From a virus, in the IMG/VR virus record IMGVR_UViG_3300005842_000485, positions 26,566-90,565 of that record: a stretch of 64,000 bases of DNA. One strand, 5' to 3'. Both the position numbers and the translations under genes were made by a program. Below the pieces are notes generated by a model. That model ran no database searches, was not told the origin of the DNA, and was given only the letters and a program-made list of their open reading frames with translations. Below, one piece after another: positions 54,948-63,592 of this stretch; position 1 is the stretch's first letter; the number at the start of each line of letters is the position of its first letter.

Positions 54948-55432
54948 GCGTTCTCCTTCTGTAGATCGCGGAGCCAGTACGTGAGGGCTGCTGGGCGGTC
55001 GAGCGCGTAGGCGGGGACGCTGGAGTTGCCGTCGTCTTCCGTTTTGTCGATGCCGGCCGAGTGATACGACGGGTACTCGTGGGAGAGTGCGCGGATCGCC
55101 CGGTCAATGTCGGGTGCGGGGATGCCGTGGGCTTCAAAGAGCAGACGCAACCCCGCCTCTTTCGTCGCGCCGACGAAGAAGCGCTTGTCGTTCGTGCCAT
55201 CGAAGTACGCAGGCTTCCATGCGGTGAAGACGCGGCGGTTGCCGTCCTTTGCGACGATCAGTTCCCAGTTCTTTTCAGGGAGATCATCTTTCGTGAGCGG
55301 TGCCGTCCCGAAAACTTGCACCATCGCCCACTTGTCGTAGCGAACGCGGTAGCCACGGATCAGGTAGAACGACTTGCCATTGATCTGGACATACTTCGTC
55401 CCGTCGATGTCGAAGGTACGCATCGTAGGCAC
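54944..55432 (-). CDS. Hypothetical protein coupled to the DarB-like gene
   Basis: ATGA overlap. Confidence 0.65.
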   Translation of the reverse strand: MPTMRTFDIDGTKYVQINGKSFYLIRGYRVRYDKWAMVQVFGTAPLTKDDLPEKNWELIVAKDGNRRVFTAWKPAYFDGTNDKRFFVGATKEAGLRLLFEAHGIPAPDIDRAIRALSHEYPSYHSAGIDKTEDDGNSSVPAYALDRPAALTYWLRDLQKENA

Positions 55433-55546
55433 TCCTTTTGGGCGTGGTGAGGTGGGCTGACGCGGAATGCGTCAGGTGTGAAGGGGCGAGGCGGCGTCGG
55501 CCTCTAGCCCCAAAGGTGGGGGCGCGTCGAAACGCGCGTCAATGCG

Positions 55547-56692
55547 TTACGCGGCGTCGAGGAGAGGTATTTGATACGGAACGACTTGGATGTGGGGCTC
55601 AAAGTTTGGAGACGAAGGCAATGACGAACGCGGAGGCAGCGGGGATGCAACGCCGATGCGCTGTTCTGCGAGTCGCAAGTAATCGGGGTTCAACTCAATC
55701 CCGATGAAGGAACGACCTTCTTCGCGCGCAACTTGGCCGGTCGTGCCGCTTCCCATGAAGGGATCGATTACGACGCCATCACGCGGAGCACCAGCGAGAA
55801 TGCACGGACGAATCAAATCCGGTGGGTACGTGGCGAAGTGCGCGCCTTTGTACGGCCGCGAGGCGACCGACCAAACCGAGCGGCGATTTCGAGTAAGCCA
55901 AGGGACGTTAGCTACCTTGAGAAGCCCCGCCTTTGTCCGATGTTCTTCCGTGGCCGACGCGTCGTACGCGTTGACGTACTTATGACTCTTGTTGCCAGAA
56001 ATGCGAGGCTTCATCGAGGCTCTGCCTAGTTGATGTGCGCCTGTCTTTCCAGTGTGGAACTCGCTGCCAGCGGAGCCACGCGACGCGGGTTCCTGCATGG
56101 AAGCAGTGTCGAAGTAGTACCGCGGGGACTTCGAGAGAAGGAAGATGTACTCGTGCGCTTTCGTGCAACGGTCTGTCACGCTTTCAGGCATCGGGTTCGG
56201 CTTAGCCCAAATGATGTCTTGGCGAAGGCGCCAGCCGTCCGCTTGTAGGGCAAGCGCAACGCGCCAGGGTACTCCGAGCAAATCTTTCGGCTTCAAACCG
56301 ACTTGCCTCCCACGTCTGACGGGATTCGTGTTGATCGGCGGCATAGAAGAACGAAGTGTCGATTTGTCGCGTCCTCCGGTTGCCCCGTTGCCGCCTGTCG
56401 TGGTGTTCGCGTACGAGTCACCGAGATTTAACCAAAGGGTGCCGTCGTCGCGTAAGACACGCCGCACATCTCGAAAGACGGAGACGAGCCGACAGACATA
56501 GCAGATGCGGCAGGAGTCCCGAGTGGCCCACCCCAAGCAGTCAGCGGTGTTTTCAGCGCCTAGCTGCCCCCGAACACCGTAGTCCCGGAGGCCGAAGTAC
56601 GGCGGCGATGTAACGCATGTCTGCACCGACCCGGAAGGAATGTCCCGCAGCCGATCAAGGCAGTCACCGAGGAGTAGTTGCACATCAGACAT
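55547..56692 (-). CDS. Site-specific DNA methyltransferase (N4/N6 family)
   Basis: [53 protein letters not shown]. Confidence 0.95.
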   Translation of the reverse strand: MSDVQLLLGDCLDRLRDIPSGSVQTCVTSPPYFGLRDYGVRGQLGAENTADCLGWATRDSCRICYVCRLVSVFRDVRRVLRDDGTLWLNLGDSYANTTTGGNGATGGRDKSTLRSSMPPINTNPVRRGRQVGLKPKDLLGVPWRVALALQADGWRLRQDIIWAKPNPMPESVTDRCTKAHEYIFLLSKSPRYYFDTASMQEPASRGSAGSEFHTGKTGAHQLGRASMKPRISGNKSHKYVNAYDASATEEHRTKAGLLKVANVPWLTRNRRSVWSVASRPYKGAHFATYPPDLIRPCILAGAPRDGVVIDPFMGSGTTGQVAREEGRSFIGIELNPDYLRLAEQRIGVASPLPPRSSLPSSPNFEPHIQVVPYQIPLLDAA

Positions 56693-57053
56693 CGCGACCT
56701 GCGTTAACGCACCTAGAGCAGCCCTTAAGGCCTTCTTTCGTATGTGCTGGGTAGAAGTCATAGATTTCAAGTGCGTTTCGTAGCGCGTTCTCCTGCTCCC
56801 AGGCGCCAGCTACGCGATTGCGACCATGCGCTCTGGCAGCGGACTGGGACGTCATCGAGTGCGTGCGCCGAATCGCACGTTCGTGGGACGCAGCGGCCGT
56901 CTTGAGTTCTCCGGCAGTCTCGGAGAGCCGGAGTTCAAGCTCGCGCCGTGTGTAATTTGATGCGAGGACTCGCGACCAGTCGCTGTATTCGTCGTAGCGC
57001 CAAGTCACTTGCGGCGGAGTGGCGGGGACGAGGAGGGGTTGAACGTCAGGCAT
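56685..57053 (-). CDS. Phage hypothetical protein
   Basis: Coupled ORF. Confidence 0.55.
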   Translation of the reverse strand: MPDVQPLLVPATPPQVTWRYDEYSDWSRVLASNYTRRELELRLSETAGELKTAAASHERAIRRTHSMTSQSAARAHGRNRVAGAWEQENALRNALEIYDFYPAHTKEGLKGCSRCVNAGRDV

Positions 57054-57064
57054 CGGGCGTGCCG

Positions 57065-57259
57065 TTAGCGTGACAGCTCGGCTGCGTCCGCGAGGTCTGC
57101 GAGGGTTGACGCCTGCCACTCGTGGCCACAGTCGTTGCAGGAGAAGACACCCCAGCCGGGTTTCAGTTCATCGACGCACTCAAAATCCTCGTGCTTGCAG
57201 TCGGCGTCATCGGGAAGCGTGGCTTCGCCAGAGTCGTGCGTAGCTTGGGGATGTGACAC
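57065..57259 (-). CDS. Small zinc-ribbon protein
   Basis: CKHE...CNDCGHEW; leader TTCACCTCCTCACCACCACCCCT-GTG. Confidence 0.6.
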   Translation of the reverse strand: MSHPQATHDSGEATLPDDADCKHEDFECVDELKPGWGVFSCNDCGHEWQASTLADLADAAELSR

Positions 57260-57294
57260 AGGGGTGGTGGTGAGGAGGTGAAGTACTTTTGCGA

Positions 57295-57540
57295 CTAAGT
57301 GGCTTCAGCGCGAGCCTTGCGCGTGGCGACATGCAGCGCGTCTGACGCGGCGCGGAATGCGGCGTATGCGTCCGCGAGAAGAGTACCCGGCTCGCCATGC
57401 CCCTTCTCGGTGTAGCGCACGTCGCCTGCGCGCTCGGAGGGGAAGGCGCGCTTGATCTCGGCCATCCAAGCGTCGTCAGTGGCGAGGGCCTTGCGGTAGA
57501 GATCGTGGAGGATGTTGGTCGCGGTGTTGACGTCGGACAT
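57295..57540 (-). CDS. Phage hypothetical protein, first gene after P4
   Basis: DDAW.AE....F...AGDVRYT..G. Confidence 0.65.
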   Translation of the reverse strand: MSDVNTATNILHDLYRKALATDDAWMAEIKRAFPSERAGDVRYTEKGHGEPGTLLADAYAAFRAASDALHVATRKARAEAT

Positions 57541-57624
57541 CGGAGGTGGGAGGTGAAGACACTTTCACTGTACGCTTCTGACAGGATTTGTGAAGGTGCT
57601 GAATGCACGAGTTTTCCACAAAAA
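57541..57624 (-). promoter_or_regulatory. Early promoter cassette P4
   Basis: TGTGGAAAA-ct-CGTGCATTC, TTCACA-N16-TACAGT, leader TCTTCACCTCCC. Confidence 0.65.
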
Positions 57625-57656
57625 TTGGGATGTATTCTGGTGAGTGTTTTCGACCC

Positions 57657-57968
57657 TTATCTGTGGGAAGTCATGTTGCGCGGAGCGAGTTGTGTGAGCG
57701 TTTTGCGAAGAATGGTATCGGCATCTTCGGTGTGCTGACGGAGGAATCGATCAAGGGCAGGGAGGTCGTCTGCCAGCGTCAGCGTGACAAACTGGGCCCA
57801 TAGATCAGCGGAGAGGGAGCGAAGGTGGTCCGCAAGCGCCATGAAGAACGCTTCGTCGGCTTCCGCTTGTGTAGCTGGCGGAACGGTAAAAGATGGATCA
57901 GCCGCGCGAAGCGGCGCGAACACAACGTCTCGATGAGCGGCGAGTGCATCAGCAAGCGTCAGCGGCAT
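57657..57968 (-). CDS. Small helical hypothetical protein (DUF5663-like by eye)
   Basis: LS......F......DD...L..FL.......D.I pattern; family call tentative. Confidence 0.45.
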   Translation of the reverse strand: MPLTLADALAAHRDVVFAPLRAADPSFTVPPATQAEADEAFFMALADHLRSLSADLWAQFVTLTLADDLPALDRFLRQHTEDADTILRKTLTQLAPRNMTSHR

Positions 57969-58015
57969 GCACCGATGCTACACAGGCGGCTCCACGCGTC
58001 TCACCATCGTAGAGG

Positions 58016-59158
58016 TCACGCGACGAAGAGGGGCAGGCGAAGCGTCATCGGCCGGTCGTCTTTGCGGCCGGTGACTTGTGAGAACACGGGCGCGGTAATG
58101 CGAGACGCGAGATGGGCAAAGATCGGCGTCCCGTCTGCAACGGGCAGGTCTTTCAGGAAATGATCGCGGCTCCACTTCTCTCCGGTGGGCTCGTCTCCTA
58201 AGTGGAGATCAGCGGAACGGGTCATGAGGAAGAGGCCCGTTCCTTTCTTGGGAAGCTTTTCGGAAATCACGTCTTCAATCATCCGCGCGTGCGCGTCCGT
58301 CTGACAGTGGAAGAGCACGCGGAATGAGGTCATCCCATGCGCGCCGGTCATTGCCGCGACGCTTTCAACGCCTTTCTCGCGGTTGAGGAGCAAGTACCGA
58401 TCAACCTTCTCGATGATCTTGTGTCGCGCGGATGTTCCCGTCTCTGCTTCCAGCGCGAAGCCGAACTCTCCGATGGTGAAGAACCCGTCCGGCTCGATGG
58501 TCTGGCGCTTGCCGTCATGCTCAAAGGAGAGGTTCACGGCACCGTCCCCAAGGATGTTCTCGACCGCCGCGCCCATCTGCCGGGCACCGAACCAAAGAAT
58601 CGAGAGCACTGTGGAGGCGAGGATGCGGTGGCGCACATCGGAGGGCTCGTCGCTGATGAACTTCAAGGCGAGGTCGGTGTTGTATTGGAGCATGGCGTCC
58701 ACGCGATCCGCAGGGAGTCCTTGTTCCGTGAGCATCTCAAGGAGCCGCTTGCGAAGCGGGGCTGCGGTCTTCGCCACCGCCTCGGCTTGTTCGTCTGGAA
58801 GCGCGAGGTAGTGCATCCGGAGGCGGGCGACTTCTTGGGCGCGCCCCGTTTCGAGCGTGTAATAGAAATGCCGGGAGCCGGGGAGGTAGCGCCCGAACTT
58901 CGGGTCGAAGCGGGAGAGCCAGCGCGCATTGAAGAGTGCCGTGAGGCGCTTGATCCAGTTCACCATGCCGAGTTCCCCGCTGGCATACGCGGAGAGGTAG
59001 AGCGCTTGCGCCTTCGCAAATCGCAGGTGGAAGAGATCGACCAGCACCGCAATATCACGCGCCTGGAGGACGAGCGAGCGCGGCGCGGACGGGTGGTAGC
59101 GGGATCGGCGCGTGGGGAGAGACATGCGTGGAGACGCGAGGGGATCAGCGCTAGTCAT
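58016..59158 (-). CDS. Replication-relaxation (Replic_Relax) family protein
   Basis: LQARDIAVL..L...RF, RL..L, HRI, IEPDGFF, FALEAETGT, KV.RY, FRVLF. Confidence 0.8.
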   Translation of the reverse strand: MTSADPLASPRMSLPTRRSRYHPSAPRSLVLQARDIAVLVDLFHLRFAKAQALYLSAYASGELGMVNWIKRLTALFNARWLSRFDPKFGRYLPGSRHFYYTLETGRAQEVARLRMHYLALPDEQAEAVAKTAAPLRKRLLEMLTEQGLPADRVDAMLQYNTDLALKFISDEPSDVRHRILASTVLSILWFGARQMGAAVENILGDGAVNLSFEHDGKRQTIEPDGFFTIGEFGFALEAETGTSARHKIIEKVDRYLLLNREKGVESVAAMTGAHGMTSFRVLFHCQTDAHARMIEDVISEKLPKKGTGLFLMTRSADLHLGDEPTGEKWSRDHFLKDLPVADGTPIFAHLASRITAPVFSQVTGRKDDRPMTLRLPLFVA

Positions 59159-60747
59159 GCGGGCGTCTCGCCTCCTTCGTCAACGGCGGTACGTCGCTTC
59201 GGGTCTTTCCTTCCCCGGTCTTTCCGCGTCTTCGGGAGTTGCGGGGCGTCGGTCACGGGTGGAGGTGCAGTCTCCGCGTGCACGGGCGGTGTGAAGCGTT
59301 CTTCGACATGCAGCCGCACAAACTGAATGCGGTGGGCCTCTCGCGCGAGATCCCGGTGCTCCGGATTGATGGTCTTGTAACGATGCCGAACGCGGATCGC
59401 ACGGGCGGACGGATCGATGTGGTACGCCGTTCCGATGGGAAGCTCGAGGAGGCGGAGCGCGTGGGCATCAAGCGCTTCAGTAATCCGGACGCGCTCCTCG
59501 CCAGTCACCGTTCCTGCGGCTCCGCCATCCGAGGACATGTCGTTGTCGCCACTCATGCCGGCCGCCCAGGTTGCGGAGGTGGTCTTTGTGAGGGTCGGTA
59601 GCCGGGCTGCGGTCAGAGAGACACGCCGAAGGTGCGTCGCGATCTGGCGCGCGGACTCAAAGGTGCCAGGGCGGAAGAACACCAAGTGCTGCATGGCGGA
59701 GAGAATCTCGTCGTAGTGCGCGCCGCGATCTCCAATCTGTCGTCCGGTCTGGAAGAGGAACCAGTGGTAATCGGAGCGGTTGCGCGCCATCGCGACATGA
59801 AGGGCGTAGAGATCAGCGTTCATCCCTTGCTGCTCATCGACGACGACGAGGGACGGACGATTCGATGCGCGTGAGGCAAGGAACGCGTTCCTGATGCCGT
59901 AGAGCGCACGGCGGAAGATGCCTGCGGTGGTGGGGTTTGCATCCGCTGGATCGACGAGGAGTACACCGCCTCGGGAGTGGAACGCGCCGTAGTCGATGCT
60001 GTCCCGCCGGAAGAAGGACGCGTACTCCAGCGTGAGCCACGCGAAGTTTCTCCGCGTCGAACCCGTGAGGACATTGAACTGCACGGGGCTTCGCTGCGTG
60101 GTGTAGTACAGCTCATTGAGGACATCGAGTTGCGCCCGGACATAGGCATCACGGTGACCGTGACGGTCGATGTCGATCCAAAGCTGGACGCGGTACGCCT
60201 CATCTCCATGCGTGAGCACTGACGCAAGCTCGGTGACGGGGCGGTGCCCGGCAACCAAAGCAGCGAAGGCGGCCGATCCGTACGTGTGGACAAGGCGGTA
60301 GTCCTCGCTGCCTTCCGTCGTATGCGCGAGGGTCGCCATGATCGCGGAGACGCGTTCATGCACGGTTTCAAACCGAGGGAACCCGTGGGCGTCGATCTTG
60401 GGGCGCAGCTTCGCGAGGTCGAAGGACAGCCCGCTCTCGTTCTCCGGCTGGACGCGAAGATGCAGGATGCGCGAACGCATGCGTCGCATGTCGGCGCCCG
60501 CCTCCTCGCGCCGCTCGATCCAGCCGTAGAGCCGGGCGGCGAGATCGGCGGCGAGCGTACCGATGCCATCGAGGACGAGCATCGGAACCTCGGGGCGCTT
60601 GCGGAACAGGTAGGCCAAGCACTCGCGCGCCACAGAGGTCTTTCCGGAGCCGCTCGCGCCCTCGAAGAGGTGGTGCCGCAACAGGTGTTCGGGCGAACGC
60701 GCGTAGATGCGATGGGACGGCGTTTCGCCAAGGGCAAGCGCGGTCAT
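59155..60747 (-). CDS. VirD4/TraG-like P-loop ATPase
   Basis: HHLFEGASGSGKT (Walker A), LVVVDEQQ (Walker B), FQ...QI. Confidence 0.8.
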   Translation of the reverse strand: MTALALGETPSHRIYARSPEHLLRHHLFEGASGSGKTSVARECLAYLFRKRPEVPMLVLDGIGTLAADLAARLYGWIERREEAGADMRRMRSRILHLRVQPENESGLSFDLAKLRPKIDAHGFPRFETVHERVSAIMATLAHTTEGSEDYRLVHTYGSAAFAALVAGHRPVTELASVLTHGDEAYRVQLWIDIDRHGHRDAYVRAQLDVLNELYYTTQRSPVQFNVLTGSTRRNFAWLTLEYASFFRRDSIDYGAFHSRGGVLLVDPADANPTTAGIFRRALYGIRNAFLASRASNRPSLVVVDEQQGMNADLYALHVAMARNRSDYHWFLFQTGRQIGDRGAHYDEILSAMQHLVFFRPGTFESARQIATHLRRVSLTAARLPTLTKTTSATWAAGMSGDNDMSSDGGAAGTVTGEERVRITEALDAHALRLLELPIGTAYHIDPSARAIRVRHRYKTINPEHRDLAREAHRIQFVRLHVEERFTPPVHAETAPPPVTDAPQLPKTRKDRGRKDPKRRTAVDEGGETPA

Positions 60748-61124
60748 AGCTCCTCGTCCTCCTCCATCAACTGCTGCCGGAGTCTCGTGTTGGAAGCTTC
60801 GGATTCCGCGAGCTGGCGTTTGAGCCGGTCGAGTTCTGACCGTTGGGCGACGCGGGCAAGCGTGGCTTCAAGCGGCGCGTCGAGCGCACGTTCGCGCTGT
60901 TCAACAGCAAGCTCGGCGAGCCTCACGCGCGCCTTGGCTTCTGCCTGCTTCGCGTGCTCCTCCTCGATCATGGTCGTGAGCCGTTCGTTCGCGAGGTTCG
61001 TGAGGATGGGCGCGAGCCGTCGTGCGCCTTCAAGCGCCCGTTCTCGGTACTCGATGAGGGCATCCGTGCGGATGAGTTCCAGTTCCACGGTGGCCCGCCG
61101 CTGAAGGAGATCGGCGTCCATCAC
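60744..61124 (-). CDS. Coiled-coil hypothetical protein
   Basis: Coupled in the operon. Confidence 0.65.
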   Translation of the reverse strand: MMDADLLQRRATVELELIRTDALIEYRERALEGARRLAPILTNLANERLTTMIEEEHAKQAEAKARVRLAELAVEQRERALDAPLEATLARVAQRSELDRLKRQLAESEASNTRLRQQLMEEDEEL

Positions 61125-62152
61125 CGCTTTCCTTGAGGCGAGAAGGACGTCGGGTCAACGTAGGCATCACCGAGGAGTCGACGCAGTTCCTTGTCGAGTT
61201 GCGCGGCGTAGTCTTGTCGCCTGTGGAGGAGCGCTTCGCGCTCGCGCACCTCGTCCCATGGACGGCGCGCAAGCTCGCGCGCGTGGGCCACCTGCCGTTG
61301 TCGTTGCCGCTCCTTCCACGCGAGCACCGAGGCCACCAGGAACCCCGTGACGAGCAGGCCGGCGAAGCCTCCGAGACACCACGCGAACGCCCGCGTCTCC
61401 GCGTTCCAAAACGGCTTCGTGAAGAGCGGTGGAACCGGCCTCCCGGCCTGCTCGCAGCGATCCGCGTATGCACGGCGGAGCAGCCGCGCAGCGTTGGCAT
61501 CCGGCCCGTACTCTTCGCCGAGGAGCGGCGCACCGAGCGCGGTTCCGATCCAGTGGTAATCCCCGCGAGCGGGGATGAATCCTCCGTCGTGCATATGGAG
61601 ATGTGTACTCGGGTCGAAGAGGTACAGATCGGCCGCGTCATCCGAGGACACCAGCACCCCGATGACCGGCGCAGGCGCGAACGCCGGATCAACCACCGTC
61701 GCTCCGTTCCAGGCCACGGGTGTCACGATGTGCGGAAACGCCCGATCGTGGAGGTGCTCTCCAGGAATCGAGAACCCGGCAAGCGGATCGCCCGACAGAC
61801 CGCGCATGAAGCCGAGGGTCATCAGCAGCGCGAGGCACCCGAGCACGCGTCGCACCTGCGCCGCCACGGATAAGGACGCCGCGTCGGGCGCATGCCCGAC
61901 TTCGATCCGATGACCCCGGAGCACCAGCGATGGGGCGATAGCCGTGGCGCTTGTTGCCACGGGCGTCGGATCGAAGTCGGGAACCGGAGGCCGGGTGATT
62001 CTTCCGGCCGGAGGAGCCCGACGCGGCCAAACGGGAGTCAGGACAAGCACGTTCCGAAGAAGCATCGGAAGCACACTCCGGTCGTGAACGCGGGCGAGAT
62101 AGCCGGCGAGCCGCGACGTGACAGGCGACGGACGAGTGCGGGCGGCCATCAT
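61121..62152 (-). CDS. Membrane protein with two TM segments
   Basis: Coupled in the relaxase/ATPase operon. Confidence 0.65.
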   Translation of the reverse strand: MMAARTRPSPVTSRLAGYLARVHDRSVLPMLLRNVLVLTPVWPRRAPPAGRITRPPVPDFDPTPVATSATAIAPSLVLRGHRIEVGHAPDAASLSVAAQVRRVLGCLALLMTLGFMRGLSGDPLAGFSIPGEHLHDRAFPHIVTPVAWNGATVVDPAFAPAPVIGVLVSSDDAADLYLFDPSTHLHMHDGGFIPARGDYHWIGTALGAPLLGEEYGPDANAARLLRRAYADRCEQAGRPVPPLFTKPFWNAETRAFAWCLGGFAGLLVTGFLVASVLAWKERQRQRQVAHARELARRPWDEVREREALLHRRQDYAAQLDKELRRLLGDAYVDPTSFSPQGKR

Positions 62153-62337
62153 GCGCTCGCGGGGCGCTCGGCGGGTTCAGCGGACTTGGGGCGCTTCGTC
62201 AGGGTGGCGAATTGGCCCATGGCGTACTGCGCGATCTTGCGGGCCGCTTCAGTGGAGGCAGCGGTGTCTTCAATCGTGCGCGCGTCGGAGTAACTGAAGT
62301 CGGGGCCTTCAATGATGACGGAGAGGGGCTTGCTCAT
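62149..62337 (-). CDS. Small hypothetical protein
   Basis: SD GAAAGGA; first gene of the operon. Confidence 0.5.
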   Translation of the reverse strand: MSKPLSVIIEGPDFSYSDARTIEDTAASTEAARKIAQYAMGQFATLTKRPKSAEPAERPASA

Positions 62338-62534
62338 CTGGCGTTCCTTTCGGTTGTCCCGAACGCGATATGCGACGGGAGCGTGAAGGAAGCGTGCAGG
62401 ACGAGCGGCGGTGGCTGTCGAAGCACGTCGAAGGGAGGCGATTGGCGGGGAGTCCCGGGACGGCTACGGTGGGAGTGCGGCCCTTTTCCAACCAGGAACC
62501 CTACTACCGCACCGGCAAGGCACGAGGAGGCGAT

Positions 62535-63215
62535 ATGCCCACGCAGCGGTATCTCTTCGACCAGATGAACGAAGCGCAGGGGGCGATCCTGCGTGACGAG
62601 GAGCCGTCGTATCGGCTATTCGAGCACGGCAGCGCAACGCTCTCCGATTCGGAACTCGTCGCGCTTGTGACCGGTCGGCCTGTAGAGGAAGCACGGATGT
62701 TCCTTCGAGACGGCCTGCCGTCGTTTGCGCGACGTCCATGGGGTGCGGGCCGGCGGCACCAGATCGGGAGGACGGTCGCTGTGCGGATCGCCGCGAGCTT
62801 GGAGCTTGGGCGGCGCGTGGCGATGGCGACCATCGAGTTTGGCGACACCGTATGTGTTGAGGACTTGGGGCCGTTCCTCGCAACCCGCTACGGTGATGCG
62901 GTGCAAGAGCACTTCGGCGCCGCATTTCTCAATGCGCGCCGGGGGATGATCGCACTCCGAGAACTGTGCGTCGGGACGCTGAACTCCGCGCTGGTCTCTC
63001 CACGTGAGGTCTTGCGGAGCGCGCTCGAACTCCATGCCGCAGGGATCATCGCGTACCACAACCATCCAAGCGGCGACCCGTCACCATCAGTCGAAGATCT
63101 CACCGTGACGATGAAGCTGCGGAACGCAGCCAAGAACATGGACATCGACTTCATCGACCACGTGATCGTGGCGAAGCGTCGGTACTACTCCATGGCCAAG
63201 CACGGGCACTTCTAA
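62535..63215 (+). CDS. radC: RadC family JAB-domain protein
   Basis: LSDSELVAL, ELGRR, GTLN..LVSPREV, HNHPSGDPSPS.ED, DHVIV; SD GAGGAGG. Confidence 0.93.
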   Translation: MPTQRYLFDQMNEAQGAILRDEEPSYRLFEHGSATLSDSELVALVTGRPVEEARMFLRDGLPSFARRPWGAGRRHQIGRTVAVRIAASLELGRRVAMATIEFGDTVCVEDLGPFLATRYGDAVQEHFGAAFLNARRGMIALRELCVGTLNSALVSPREVLRSALELHAAGIIAYHNHPSGDPSPSVEDLTVTMKLRNAAKNMDIDFIDHVIVAKRRYYSMAKHGHF

Positions 63216-63225
63216 AGGAGGAGCG

Positions 63226-63543
63226 ATGCAAGCACAGCATGTGTTTCTAAACCTCTTCCATGGGCGGAGCGATCCGTACGCAGAGATGGAAGACTGGGGT
63301 GAGCTAGGACCGATCCTCGGCCCGCTCAAGTACGTGCACGTCACGTACAACTCGTACATCCACATCAGCTTCGACGGCGCGGACTTCGACCTGACGTTCA
63401 CGAACGATTGCGTCGCCTATGACGGCGCGTTCTACGGCGACTTCAGCGTCTTCGCCGAAGCGACGGCGGACGATCCTGACGTGCGCTCCCGGCGCGAAGA
63501 CCCCGCAGTCAGCATGGCGAAGCTCATCGAGCAGCGCCGCTAA
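63226..63543 (+). CDS. Hypothetical protein
   Basis: SD AAGGAGG; LFHGR.DP...MEDWG..GP..GP...YDG.FYGDF. Confidence 0.75.
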   Translation: MQAQHVFLNLFHGRSDPYAEMEDWGELGPILGPLKYVHVTYNSYIHISFDGADFDLTFTNDCVAYDGAFYGDFSVFAEATADDPDVRSRREDPAVSMAKLIEQRR

Positions 63544-63592
63544 CCAGCCGGTTCCCGGCTGCAACCCCCCGACATCTGAAAGGAGACCGGCG

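Larger units (their letters stand above)
5343..57968 (-). mobile_element. Siphovirus-like (pro)phage region; boundaries approximate, no att sites or integrase seen
   Basis: Ordered minus-strand head-tail module (terminase, portal, capsid, tail tube, tape measure, fibres) flanked by blocks of small phage-type ORFs. Confidence 0.9.

Noticed and set aside
5343-57968. Alternative genetic code (stop-codon reassignment)
   Set aside because: Core genes are full length under code 11, and TAA, TAG and TGA all act as stops.
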